Shown here: in pieces, positions 12,431-26,600 of the stretch
Position numbering within the stretch: position 1 is the stretch's first letter
How the letters are laid out: every line of letters begins with the position of its first letter
Source: Octopus sinensis
Taxonomy: Eukaryota
Direction: 5' to 3'
DNA: 64,000 nt
NCBI RefSeq assembly: GCF_006345805.1
Contig: NC_043005.1
Coordinates: 5,456,001 to 5,520,000 of the forward strand
Notes under the pieces: model-generated
Databases searched by the model: none
What the model was told of the DNA's origin: nothing
The model's input: only the letters and a program-made list of their open reading frames with translations
Translations under genes and position numbers: made by a program

Positions 12431-13992
12431 GAAAAAGAGAGAGAACACTTATGCCATTGTAAAAGTCAGGTGTAAAACATTCTCTTAAATACAGCAGTGG
12501 TGGTGGTCAAAAGTGGATATATGAAGGCAATTCCTTTGATGGATTAAATCAAACCAAACAGTGGATTTAGTTAATTATATAGAAGCAATTTTAGTAGATA
12601 ATTGGTTGGATTTATCATTAGCTACAAACTACTGATTTACAAACAGATTAGTCTTTATAAATTCAAATGAACTCACAAAATGGCTCTTAATGTAGAGGAG
12701 AGAGAGAGAGATTAAATAATGACCATCACTGGTCGACAATGGCTGGCTTAAAACAAATCCTTTACTATTTGTCTTTTTTCTTTCGCCAGTTTTCTTTTTT
12801 GTTTGTTTGGTTTGTGAAATCTGTGGAGACACTCAGCATTCAAGATTATATGTATCAGCTAAGGAGAGAATGCAGTTAGCTTTTTTGCGCTAACTGTTAA
12901 ATGTCATTATCATAATGTTTGTTTTTCTAAGCTAGCATGGGTTGGACAGAGTTTATTGAGATGAATTTACTGTTGCTTGATGCTCTTCCTATTGCCAACC
13001 CCCACTTGCTCCCAAGCCAGAGATGTTGTCATGCAATATTCAAAATAAATGACACTTCCTGTATGATGGGGGCAATCATTTACAACATTCACATGATGTG
13101 AAGACAAGGAGACATCCACACATACTGAAACTCACACTTACACATATATACGAGATGGGCTTCTTTCAGTTTCTCCCTACCAAATCCACTTACAAGGCTT
13201 TCGTTAGCCTCAAGCTTTAGTAGAAGATACTTGCCCAAAGTGTCATGCAATGGGACTGAACCCGAAACCATGTGGTTCAGAAGCATACTTCCTAGTGTGT
13301 GTGTCTGTGTGTCTGGCAAATATTTCTCCTACGTGCAAGCAAAGGGCTTGGAGAAATTAGGTTGTGTGGTAGTACCACAGTACCATGTGTTTTCTGCTGC
13401 TACTCTTTGGGTGACTTTTGACCTTTGAGTGAGATTTTGGAGAGAGAAACCATGCAAGAAGCCCATTGTTTGTGTATGTCAGTGATTTTATATGTACTGG
13501 TGCTGCACCCTTTCATATGGAAACAAAAATCAGCAACTTAGCTCTTCAATAAATCGAGATCAATAAAATAAATGCCGAACTGAAACAAAATGGATCAGTT
13601 ATATATATATATATATATAACCATTGAAGGAAGGCAGTGCTCCAGTAGGGCCACAGCTGAATGGCTAAAACTGATAAAAGAAGAGAAAAAGAAATCAACC
13701 TTATCTGATGAGGGTGGGGGAGAAACAATTGCCTGGGGGGTGGGGGCACTCTGAACTGACATTGGTGTTTTTAACTTCATTTGCTTAAAGCAAGAATTTC
13801 TCTTCAGAGTAAACCAGTGTGAAAATGCTTCTTTACAGGTCAGATATGTCCCAAACATATTTGAATTGCTTTTTAAAGTCTATTTTCTAACACTATTTCA
13901 TTGCATAATTTTAAATGGAGAAGGTAGATTTATTGATGTCTTGCTTTACATAATCTCCTTATTTGTGATTGTTGATGATTTTATTTCATTAG

Positions 13993-14021
13993 GAAAAAGA
14001 GAAAAACAGTTTAGTGAAGAG
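13993..14021 (+). CDS. Sulf1: Candidate 29-nt microexon of the Sulf gene, (G/R)KREKQFSEE
   Basis: Acceptor ttttatttcattag, strong donor GAG|gtaaga. Ends in phase 0, matching the phase-0 acceptor at 16520; the basic/charged peptide fits the Sulf hydrophilic domain just before the Cys motif. Confidence 0.55.
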
Positions 14022-15696
14022 GTAAGATCTGTTAGAAATATTTCTTGCAATTAAGGACTTGGAGAACATGTCCCCAGATTTAAATCGTGACCGACTTCAG
14101 TTTTTCATCATCATCATCATAATGTCCACTTTACAATACCTGGGTCAGACTTTTCTATGACCAGATGCCCTTCATGTTGCCAATAATCTTCACTTGTTTC
14201 CAAGCGAGGTAGTATTTCCCTGACTGGACAAGATTTTTTATGGAAAACTGGAAGCAAGTGACTCCACATGTATGAGAGTGATGCTTGTTTATAACTATCT
14301 CACGATGTCAAGACAATTAGACCACACACACACACACACAGGGTGCAGGAAAAGACAAACAAAAACACTGCCACATTTTACAGGTTGACCAACATTTCAA
14401 GAGCAGATACAGTCTCAAACATGATGGTAACTGAGAAAAAAATAATAATAAAGGTAAAACATTAGCTTCATGAAGATACTATTAGTAGCGCCACACCAAT
14501 GGCCATGCAATATGGAGGAGGTATTTCTACTAACAATGGACTTCTTTCAGTTTGTCTTCTAAATCCATTCACAAGGTTTTGATAAGTTTAGGGCTAAAGT
14601 AAAAGTTATTTTCTCAAGGTGCCAAACAGGAGATCTTGAACTTGGAACCATGTGGTTGGGAGGTGAAATTGGTAACCATGCAACCATGCTTGCACCTTAT
14701 AAAATTGGCTAGTTTTACTATTATGTGTTAGAATTGTTAAAATATTGTATGTGATCGGGTTGTAAGCCATGTCATGTTGAAAACACCAGTTCTTTTCTGA
14801 TCAGCAAAGTTGATCCTAGTTAGTTCTTATATTGGTGACTATTTGGGAAACCAAGTTGCGATAAGTGAAATCTTTCAGTAGCAGGGCCACGGAAAGTCAA
14901 CAACTTTCAAATAAATGAAGGTAAATGGCAAAATGCTTGAGTTCAAATCCTACCAAGGTTAAGTTTATCATTCATCTTTGATAAAATAAATCCCAGTCAA
15001 GTACTGGAATGTTGATATAATCAAAAACGTTAACTCCCAAATGTGAGACCTTGAATGTGTGTAAGAAATCAGTGTGATATTTATAGTCAAAGGGGAAGCA
15101 GCACGGCTTTGGTATAAGCTCTGACTTAACAGTATGTTGTTAAAGGTTTTGAGTGTGACCCTTGGTAGGGTAACTGTTCTCACCTTCCACCACATGTTCA
15201 TCCAAGAAAACCCCTGATCCATGTAGCAAGTCAAAACCCTTAAAAGTTAATTCTAATAACAATGTACAAAGATGTATTTCCTCTGATTTCACTAATTTTC
15301 TGTCAGCAATTATTCCACTACCTTTTTACTTTTTTGGTTATCTTTACCATAATTCATCAGGACAAAAAAAAAAACCCCTTTCATTTGCAAGGTCAGAATA
15401 GTATCCATGTTACATGGCTAAATTCTCATGTTAAACTATAGAATTGTCTACTAAGTTACTCTAGTTACAAGTTCAATATATTTCCTTAATGGTTATTTAG
15501 GCATCTTCAGTAATTCAGTATGGTTTGTTTCACAGTGAATTATTTTCTCTTGTTTATTAAACAGTCAGATGTTCATATGATTTCAAGTATTATATCAACT
15601 GCGATTAGGCATAGTTTTATTTATTTTAGTTTATTACTGACAGATCTCATTTCACTTAAACATTTATCTTTTAATAATATAATATATAATGAAATT

Positions 15697-15995
15697 ATTG
15701 TATACAGTGCTCAGGTGCACCACAACTTGTCAGACAGTGTGTATAAAGTATATGCAGTAATGTACAAATGTCTGGAAAGCGAACAGTGTATGAGTCAGAT
15801 ACATGCTTGTGTGTATATGGAGGGGAGAAAATCAGGTGTAGTGTTGGCAAATCTCAGAAAGCATGGAAGTTTTGAAGGATGCAGTGCTCCGACAACTAAC
15901 AACTGATGCCGGCAGTTTGTTCCGTGATTCAGCAACTCTCAGCGTGAAAAAATGTTTCCTAAAGTCATGGGAGCTGTGCTGTTTTCTGACTTTTG
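15697..15995 (-). mobile_element. 3' end of a CR1-clade LINE
   Basis: Minus strand reads KVRKQHSSHDFRKHFFTLRVAESRNKLPASVVSCRSTASFKTSM, a CR1 ORF2 C-terminal signature, followed by a 3' UTR ending AATAATTTCATTAT. Confidence 0.75.
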
Positions 15996-16130
15996 CTGCT
16001 AAAATTTTGTCACACTATTTGGCAGTCTGGTCACGGACACATTTCCATTGCAGAACTGTCAGTAATCAGGTCACAGACATTTCATTGAAAATTTGGACAC
16101 CAAATAGCAACTGATCGAATTAAATGAAGG

Positions 16131-16166
<36 letters not shown>

Positions 16167-16520
16167 GAATGGCTGATATGTGTGTTGGCCACTGTAAATT
16201 GCTTTAGTTTGAAAACACAGCTTCAGATCAACTTATTTGCCCAAACAAAGTAAAATTCTGAAATTTAATTTCACATGTTAGTTAAGATCATTTCAAATAT
16301 CATTTGGTGTTAGGCAGTTCCATCTCATCACAAACTTCCTCCTCCATGCTTCCGTGACACACTTCCACACAAATATTAAACCTAAAGCCTAAAGCAAAAC
16401 ATGACAAAATATATCCAATAATTTGCAAAATAAATTTTGGAAATATTTTTTATCTTCTTCCTAGTTCCATCAAAGTTTAAGCCACGGCATCGGATACGTT
16501 CAACTGAATATCTCTCTCAG

Positions 16521-16605
16521 CTTCATGGGATATCTTGTAAAAAAGATGGTATGGAATGTAGTATCATGGATAACGACCACTGGAAAACGCCTCCCTTTTG
16601 GACTT
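16521..16605 (+). CDS. Sulf1: Sulf exon LHGISCKKDGMECSIMDNDHWKTPPFWT (alternative upstream acceptor at 16464/16465)
   Basis: Matches the SULF motif C..PGLTCFTHDNxHWQTAPFW. Donor T|gtaagc is phase 1, and T+AT gives Tyr with the exon at 33729. Confidence 0.92.
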
Positions 16606-17072
16606 GTAAGCCATTGTATTTAATGCTTCTGTTTATTTTCCTATTCTAGAGAATGCCTCACCTATTTTCTCTCAATCCCCATACTTCCCCCAGTAGTTTT
16701 CACTAGTGCTCTTTTATTTCTTTGCAATTATTCTTCAAAAACACTGACATGATTTTTCAGTTTAAAGTTGCTGTTTGTTTTTTTGTTTTTGCTTGCATTT
16801 TCTTCTTTTTCAATTTAAAGAAATCAATCACCTTAAGTAACATCTGTAGATATTTTGGCATCGTTTCGTAATTTAAAACATTAAATGTTTATAGTATATA
16901 ATTTTTGTTCAAAGTGGATAAGATATTTAGTGAGGTACTGTGGAGACTTTCATCCCTAAAAAAGGACATTTTTATTCAAATATAAATAATAATTAGTGTG
17001 TGTGTGTGTATATATGCATATGCATATGCATATATATATATATATATATATGCATATATATATATATATATA

Positions 17073-17117
<45 letters not shown>

Positions 17118-20100
17118 CATATACACACACGCACACTTTTTTCTGCTTGGCCAAGAATAAATAACATTTTTTAATATTTATTTTCCTATTTGTGTTTTGC
17201 TTTTTATTTTCATGTCTTGCTTCTTTGAGTGAAACTTTTTGCATCCTTTATAATTTCTGTAGTTTTTAGATTATATTTTTTCTCTGTTTTCACTCAGATT
17301 AAAACCATATCTTATCTGCTTTCGATGTTTGTAAATTTCAGATGAAACTTCCTTCTCCTATGCGAGATGGAAATTTTCACAGTTAATTTCTTTTCACATA
17401 GATTTTAATCAAAATTTTATTTATCCTACTAAAGATATTTTTCTTTTAATATTTGAGTTTCATTGTTTTTTTTTTTGTTGGTTATTTATTTTTATTTTTT
17501 TTTTGCTTTTTTTATGCTATTATATTTTTATAATTTTTTCTTAATCTTGATGAAGGGATTTTGTGCTTTTGAATTTATTTTGTTGCTTCCCTGAATTAGT
17601 TATATCAATACAAGTTTTCCAGTGGTCTTTTAACACTACAAGGTATACATTTGAATAAAAATGTTCATCCATCTATGAGGCATTCGACGACAGAGAATGT
17701 TCATCCTGCCGTTTAAAATCCACACATTTAATGCATCATGGAGTGGTTTTTGTGTTTTGATTTGAAAATATGTTGCAATAATTACAAATTTAATTATTTA
17801 ATGATTTTTAATTTAAAAAAGAACATGGCTTTCATTGAGAGCACTGTATTTATTGTTGGTTAAATATATTTAAATGTATTTCCATATATCGATATTTAAT
17901 TATTATACAATTGTTTTGGCTGGGAATGGAGTTTTGTTCCATGGTTTATTCAGTCAGAAGTGAAGACTTTTGCTAGATTTTTCTAGAGAAAAGCTTTGCA
18001 AAAGTAAGTTATCACAATTAGTTGAATAAATTGTTAGACAAGATTTGGCATTCCAATCAAAACTAATTCTATAATAAATTTGATTCTATCATTATTATAA
18101 TATAAGGTGGCATGCTGAATTGTTAATATGTCAAGCAAAACACTTAGAAGCATTTCTTCTGACTCGTTACAAAATCTGCCCAGTTACCTTTGCTGTTCAT
18201 CCTTTCCAGCGTTGATAAAATAAAGGACCAGCCAAGTACTGGAATCAATATAATCAACTTACCCCTCCCCTCAAATTTTTTTGGCCTTGTGCCAAAAATT
18301 AGAAATTCTAATTATTTAGTCTCCCTCACCTTCATCAGTATATGCTGTGATGTTATCGTTAAAATAACGAACCCAAAATTAACACTTGCATTTGTTATTA
18401 CCAAATATAGCGATTATGGTTTGGTTTTGTTTATTAGAAATGAAAAGATATTTGTTGACAAATATTCTATGGTGTTGTTTACTAACATCTTCAACAATTA
18501 TTAACTCTTGTGAAATACGTAGATGACATTTCTAAGAGTGGAATTCTGTAATTCCTGGTTCAGTATGGATTCATGTAATATGTTATGCTGGATCCTTAAA
18601 CTTGATTTTAAAAAATTGGTACTCTAAATTAAAACTATAATTATTTTTAAGAATCCAGTTGCATGTTTGAAGAATCTGATAGTTTAGGTGCAGGCCTGGC
18701 TGTATGATTGAGAACTTTACCTCCCAACCACATGGTTTTGGGTTCAGTCCACTGCGTGGCACCTTGGGTAAGTGTCATCTGTTACCTTGGACCAACCAAA
18801 GCCTTGTAAGGGGATTTTGTTGATAGAAACAGAAAGAAGCCGATTGTGTGGTGTGTGTGTGTGTTTACCTTGACCTCACATCACTCTTTTTTCCAGATAG
18901 GAAGGCTATGTAGTCACCTCTACCACACCTTCTTCAATAATACACCCCACTCAGTTGAAGATGGTCGTATTTTGTGAGTACCTGGTAACCTTACCTGTGC
19001 TACTGCCATGATAAAAAGTGCCCACTACACTCTGTCAGGTGGTCAATGTTAGAAAGAGCATCAAACTGGAGAGACCAGCCACACCAAAGCAGGTGTTGGA
19101 GCTTGACACAGTCCTCTGGCGGTCTCCTGTTGAATTTTCAATTCATACCAGCAGATATAAAAAAGGTCATTAATTGATGATGCTATATATATATATATAC
19201 ACACACCCACACATACAGTATTGAACATACAAACCCATATTCTCTTAGGCTTATAAATCACAGCTTGCCCACAAACTGGCAAAACACATAGCTTCTGTTT
19301 GTATGTTCGATATTGTTTATAACCCCCCCCCCCCGGCTGCTTCTCATTCATATTTGAACATTGTGTGTGTGCGTGTGTGTAAATATATATATATGGGGGT
19401 AAGTTTACTATCTCTTTCGTCTTGACATTGCATAATAGTTTTGAACAAGTTTCCTTATATTGCAAACAATGACCTCTGCTTCCAATCTTCCATGGAAAGA
19501 TGCCTGGTTATGGAGGAGAGATTACCTTACTTGGAAATAGCTGAGGATTAGCAACAGGAAGGATATCCAGCCATAGAAAATTTGCCTTAATGAATTGCAT
19601 CTGACTCCTGTAAGCATGGAAAAGTGGATGTTAAAGCAATGATGGTGGTATCTTCTCTCTTTGCTTTCTTAGCAATTTACCTTACATGCAAGACGACATT
19701 GCATATCTATTTGATCTTTTTCAACTCCTTTCTCCGCAGACCTCAACAGATATTTTGCTTTTCTGTTTCACTACAACTAATATGAAACTGCTTACACATA
19801 TATTTCTGACAATTTGATGCCAGCAGAGGTATTATTAGCTCTCTGGATTCCTTCTCATTTTTAACTCTTGTTCTTGTCCTTTCTCTACATCAGCAGTTCA
19901 GCTCCTTTGATAACTAACCTTGTATCTAGTATACAATCAACGTTAGAAAGAGTTCATAGTTTTCTTGCTGTTGAACGTGCCTTTAAATGGCATTTCAAGG
20001 TCTGGTGCTCTGAGTATCTTTCAAAGATTCCATTGCATCTTATGGTTCCTTATTGCATCCTGTGTTTCCTCCGTGCTCTTACAGAATGCCCTCTTTCAAG

Positions 20101-20212
20101 TTCCCACCAGACAAACCTGCTTCCCAGATGATAAAAGGTTTTGTACTCTTAGTTTCTAATTCTTGTTAACCTCTAGACTTATGGACACTGTGAACCAGCA
20201 GACGAAGGACTA

Positions 20213-20420
20213 TTAACCTTTTGATACCAGTGCACTTGAGAACATCCCTGGTTCTATGACACAGAGTTCTTGTTTAAACGTGATCTAATCAGAATTTCAT
20301 ATTGATTTAAGTTCCAAATACCAGCTTAATAATGATCTTTTTGTAAATTCTTCATTGTTTCCAGAAATCATTGAAACAAAGGCAGCATATTTCAGCAGAA
20401 ATATAACAAAGGAACTAAAT
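20213..20420. mobile_element. TTAA-bounded MITE family E
   Basis: Starts TTAACCTTTTGATACC; shares the ..TAAATTCTTCATT..TTGAAACAAAGGCAGC.. core with copies at about 25290-25650, 27220-27370, 33210-33560, 47060-47190, 47294-47511 and 52925-53150. Confidence 0.65.
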
Positions 20421-23209
20421 TCCTCTGTTTATGAGAAAGAAAGGAAAGAGTTTATGGATGTAGCATGGCTGGATGGCTAAGAAGTTTGCTTAGCAATCTC
20501 TAGATCTCTGGTTCAGTCTCATTGCACAACATATTTGACTTATATCTGTTATCCTAAATCTTGGGTCAACCCAAGCCTTGTGAGTAAAATTAAGTGAATC
20601 AAAAACTGTGGAAACCTGTTGGATCTACACTGTAATGCAATTCAAAGATTCAGCTCTGCCACACTGTGTTATTCTGATTGAAAATTACTTTTGGGGTACA
20701 CATGTCTGTGGAATACTCAACCACTTGCATACTAATTCATTTAACATGTAGGTCAGTTAATCAATAAACTAAGCACTTACTGTCATATTATTTGTTTAGT
20801 GGTCAAATGGGTATATATATATATATATATATAAAAGTGTGTAGGTGTAAAAGTGAATTCATTGGCTGTTTTGGGATCATTTACTTCCAAATCCTCTGCA
20901 GATGGGGATTTTTGATGTTTTTAACAGGGAAAATAAAGCTGTCCAATTAAGACAGTCAGAGTGCACCTAAATGTCAGGAATAGGATCAGATTGTCTGGGG
21001 GAAAGTCTGCAAGACTAGCAACTCATTATTAAAATAAGTTCAATCATAAATGGTCAATCATTAGCCATTTATCAAACCAGTGCATGGGGGTAGTGTGTGT
21101 GTGTGATGACTTGTATATGCACTCTTAACAGCAGATTTGCTTGTGTATATATTAATTGGTGCTGTGTTTTGTCTCTCCTTTAATGACAAATGTGTGTTCA
21201 TAACACACCTGATTCATTGGTGCAAGTGACTCTGGGACAGCCTGTCTCATCAGCCAGAGGCATCCAGGCTACTGAATCATCAACAGTTGATGCTCCTGCA
21301 TTTGCTGATCTGTCAATTGATAATGAATACTCAATTTCACAGAATGTATAAGTACTGGGACTGGTGCTATGCAAAAAGCCCCCAGTACACTCTGTGAAGC
21401 GGTTGGCATTAGAAAGGGCATCCAGCCATAGGAACCATGCCAAAACAGACAATTGGAGTCTGGTGCAGCTCCTGTCATCATCCACCCCATGCCAGCATGG
21501 AAAATAAACATTAAATGATAATGAGCGTGTGTCAAACAGGTAATGTTCTAAGGTTATCTTTTCTTCACATTATTTCTAGTAAGAGTTTTTGTGCTCAATC
21601 TTTTAAATATGTTAAACATTAGTGAAGGCTAATTCAGTCCTTGCTGCCCTACTCAGGGGAAGTATGCGACCCTGAGATACCTTCGGATCATATAGAATAG
21701 TTTCTGATATTGCAATGACTTTAATCACCACTAAAGAAGAGCTTTACAATACCACTGAAGAACTTTTTGCAGTGTCTACTCGAGGCAGAGCCTCTCTGAG
21801 GCTTAATCACACCTGTGTATATGTCTGTTAAAAGCTAAGGTTACGTATTAGAGTGGCTTCAATTATTGAACTCTGTCATCATCATTGCCCGTCTTTTAGC
21901 ATTCACTTTTCTATAGTGGAACTGGTGGCACAGGTATTCTGTGTGACATACAAATGAATCTCTTCAATCCTTAACAGCTTGTGAAACCCAACATCCTGAG
22001 ATCAAACCTCAGCCTTGCCCTCATTCTAATCAGTGAGTTACTTTTGATTCGATTCAATTTTTGTTTTCTTCCTTATTTCATAATCCTTAAGAACTACCAG
22101 AGAATCCTGTCACATTTCAGATATTCCATGTACGTGTTATGCGAGAAAATATTATTATTATTGGGCTGTTTATATTAACTTAACACCTTCCTGTTATCCT
22201 GTTAGGGTCAATGAAATAAAGTACCAGTCAAGTACTGGAGCCAATTGTATCAACTAACCTCCTCCTACTATAAAATGGCAGCTAACCCAGATGGACAACT
22301 TTAATAGAAAAGCCTATTATTTCCATTGAGCTTGTGGCAAATATATTACCAGCTTTCTGCTACCAGAATTTCCCAGAAGTGTGGAAGATTTCACCATTGA
22401 AGTGGGTAATCCAATAACTATAATATTGGTTGTTGGACCCTCATATGTTAAAATCAACAGAAGTGTTCATTTTATGTGTGTGTGCGCGCGTGTGTATGGA
22501 TGGATGGATAGACAGACAAATAGATACAAGGGACCTGAAGCAGAATAGAGAGGATATATTATTAATGAGGTTGTGAATGGCACACAAAACTGGTTGATTA
22601 ATTAACCGAATGATTATTTGTGTGATTGATTAGATAATTGGTTAAATAGTTAACCAACTGACAAATAATAATTAAAAAAAAAATAAAGAAGTGAAATTAG
22701 AACCAATGCATGTTTGTGTTTATTGGCATAATGACCCTCCGTGAGATACCACAAAATGTTTCACACGAGTTCACATCAAGAATCTTGCAAAGAAAATAGA
22801 AGTATGTGTGTGTGTCTGAAACCGACAGGGACCTATTTACATTATATATATATATATATGTATAAGAGAGAGAGGTTCACCATTGTTTATTTCAGTTGTT
22901 CAGTCAATTAGTCTGTAAGTGGGTGAATGTCTCACAAATACATGTACTCAATCACTCTGTACTCACTTGAATACAAACATCTTAACCACCCAGGCATGTC
23001 TGCATCTGTGGTGTGTGTGTGTGTGTGCACACACATACTCTCTCTCTCTCTCTCTTTTACATATGTCTAAAGTCATATTTTAGCTTTGATTTATTTATTT
23101 CTTAGACAAACAATAAATCAGCTTTTCGCTAATCCTATTCATTCTTAGCATAAACTAAAAGATTACTTATTTGCTACATCAGTCTTCCTCACAATTATTA
23201 TTATTATTA

Positions 23210-23610
23210 TGGTGAGCTGGAAAAGAATGGTTAGCACGCTGGGCGAAATGCTTAATGGTATTTCGTCTGCCGTTATGTTCTGAGTTCAAATTCCGCCGAG
23301 GTTGACTTTGCCTTTCATCTTTTCGGGGTCGATTAAATAAGTATCATTTACGCACTGGGGTCGATATAACCGACTTAATCTGTTTGTCTGTCCTCTCTGT
23401 TTAGCTCCTTATGGGTAGTAAAGAAATAGGTATTTCGCCTGTTGCTATATTCTGAGTTCAAACTCTGCTGAGGTCGACTTTACCTTTCATCTTTTCGGGG
23501 TCGATGAAATAAGTACCAGTTGAACACTGGGGTCGATGTAATTGACTCATCCCCTCCCCCAAAATTACTGTCCTAGTGGCAAAATTTGAAACCATTATTA
23601 TTATTATTAT
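23210..23610 (+). mobile_element. Dimeric family-A SINE with a GGTATTTCG junction
   Basis: GGTATTTCG at 23257-23265 and 23429-23437 brackets a 172-bp unit; the second unit repeats the core. Confidence 0.75.
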
Positions 23611-26600
23611 TTTCACCCATGTTGCAGGCATGGCTGTATGGTTAAAAAGTTTGCATTGCAACCGTGTGGTTTTGAGTTCAGTCCTACTGTTATAGCCGTG
23701 GGCCAACTCAAGCTTTATGAGTAACCTGCAAGACAGAAACTATGTAGAAGTCCATCATGTCGTGTGTGTGTGTGTTTGTGTTTGTGCCCTCCACTGTTTG
23801 GCAACCGGTGTTGATTTGTTTCAATCTCCATAACTTAAAGGTTTGGCAAAAGAGAATGATAAAATAAGTACCTTGGTAAATCTATTCAGCAAAAGCCCTT
23901 CAAATTGGTGCCCCAGCATGGCCACTATCCAATAACTAAAATAGGATAAAAGATAAACTAACAAGTACTCACACATAATTTGAGCCATTTCAGGTTTTTG
24001 GCCAGAATAAACTTTTGTCGTTCAGATTCTTTAAATTTCTTGCCGTCCGGTGTACAACAGGATTAATTAATCTTGATGGTCGAAACGATCTGTAAACTCT
24101 AATGACAGTTCTTTGATATTGTTTTTAAGTAGTAGCAGCATTATTAAGTTTCTCATTACTAACCCATCTGAATCTGCCCCTGGTTCTTTAAATGAAACTC
24201 CCTGTGATATAAAACCTTTCATCAAAATTCATGTTAATTTATGTTCTAAACTAAAGGAGGGAGCTGGCACAATTGTTGGCATGCCAGGCAAAATGCTTAG
24301 CGACATTTTATGTCTTTATGTTCTGAGTTCAAATTCTGCCAAGGTCAACTTTACCTTTCATCTTTTTGGGGATCAATAAAATAGGTACCAGTCAAGCATT
24401 GGGGGTCAGTGTAATCGACTTTACCCTTACCTTGAAGTTTCTGGCCTTGTGCTAACATATGAAACCAATTTATACTCCAAACACCAGATTAATAATGACA
24501 AACTTACTTTCAGAATTAACTGAAGCAAGATTTGAATTATCTCATCTACAGAAGGCCTCACACTTTCAATTATTCTCTTTTATTTCTGATTAATAACTTA
24601 TTTATTTGTATATTTCTTTACATTCTTTCTATTTTTGCATTTTCTGAAATATCAGAAAATTTTCCTAGTCTGTTTGATGTGCACAAATATTTTTTGCTTT
24701 TAATACTTACTAAACAATATTGTATTCTGTTTTGTTCTGTGTCAAAGGCTTCCTTTTAGGTTAAAACAAAAAACAAACAAAAATTCCTGCAGCTTTTTAA
24801 AATAATATCCTGACAACTGCCATTAGCAAACTGTTTCTGTGAAGTGTTATTTATTGTTTAAACAAAACTATTGAAGGTTTTGGATTTACATCAATTTGTC
24901 AAAGATGGAATGCATCAAGAGACACAAAAAACCCCACCATTATCGGAAGATTCCATCAGTGGTCAATTACTTTCCAGAAATTGAGTAAATATTTCTGGGC
25001 GCAGTTCTTGTTCCAAAAGTACACTGATTGGTCTTTGATTATCATTATAGTAAGATCTTAATTAAAGTGGTGAGTTGGCAAAATCGTTAAAACATTGGAA
25101 GTAAAAAATGCTTTGCATTATTTGTTCCAACTATTTACATTCTGATTTCAAATCTTGCCCTGGTCTCCATTGCCTTTCAACTTTTCAGGGTTGATAAAAA
25201 TTAGTACTAGTCAAAAACTGGGATCAGTGGTATCAACTACTTGCTCTTCCCTCAAAATTCTTGGCCTTGTGCCTAAATCAGAAACCATTAACTCATTTGA
25301 TACTATATTTCTGTTGAAAGATGCTGTATTTTTTAAAATTGAATTTTAAAACAATGACGAATTTAGTAAAATAATTTTGTCATTATTAACCCTTTTGTTT
25401 GGAACATAAATTAATGTGAAATTTTGATGGAAGGTTTTAATTTAGATCCCTAAGTCTTTTGTGATATTTCTGTTGAAATACGTGGCCTTCATTTCGATTA
25501 GTTTTGAAAATAATGAAGAATTTAGCAAAAATAATTTTGTCATTATTGAACTGGTGTTTGAACATTGACATGAAATTTTGATGAAAGATTTTAATTTAGA
25601 TTGCTGGATGTGTTTGTATCATTGAACAAGGAGCAGTCACAGGGAGTTAAGATCACAATGACACAAGTTTTCTCTAACTGAATGTTATATAACATCCTGT
25701 TAATTATGATCTATTTTGATAGATGTGAATTTGCTGGTTAGATTGTGTTCGTAACGTGCAGCAGGTGATGGTCTTTTCTTTTGATTGTCAAAGAATAATC
25801 CTTTACAGCCTTACTATTAACTTTGTTATCATTAATATTGTCAGTTTGTTTGCTATGTTGTACAGTCCCCAGAGAATTACTCCTCTTTAGCTATCTTACT
25901 TTTAGGCATATTCTCTGTTAACATTCAGCCCTAGCTGTTCTCCACCACTTCCCCCTGACACCTCTCTACTCTAATAATCACGACCACATATACCGTTTCT
26001 TATATTCCCTTACAACTCAACTCTGCACCACTTTGTCAATCACCTGATTCTTCTAGATCCCATGTCTTCCCCGCCCCCTTAATCAGTCAATCCCTTAGCT
26101 CTCCTATTTTAACCTTAGAGTTTTTGTTGTTTTTTGCCTATTTCACCACTTCAGCTAGTTCTTCTTCACTTCTATTCACTGGCACTTTTTTCTCTTTATA
26201 CACAAAACAAAATTCTTTTACTGAAGCTGTTTAATCTTTCTACATTATAAAATACACTTTCAGTCCTACCCTGATTTTGCTTGAAGTGATTATCTCCCTT
26301 CCAAATAACTTGCCACCAGAGTGCATCCTGTGTCTGAATTAAAGTAATGACATGAAGAACACTTTTGCAAGGTTGAAGTGATTTGCATGTAGGAAATTTC
26401 TCTCTCTCTCTACTCTTTCAATTGCTGAAACAGAAGCAAAAAAAAAACAACCCACATTCCATGAATGTCTTCTAAACTGAAATTGTTTTTCATCTAGAAG
26501 AAATGTCTCGCTTTGTAAAACGTTTAACATAGTTTTAATTTATTTACCTTGGGTTGTATGTCATACTGATGATTTCTAATAAGAATGAAATGATGTGACA

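Noticed and set aside
23210-23300. tRNA-like sequences at SINE heads (also 34862 and 43605)
   Set aside because: Only A/B-box-like remnants; no complete cloverleaf, so not called tRNA genes.
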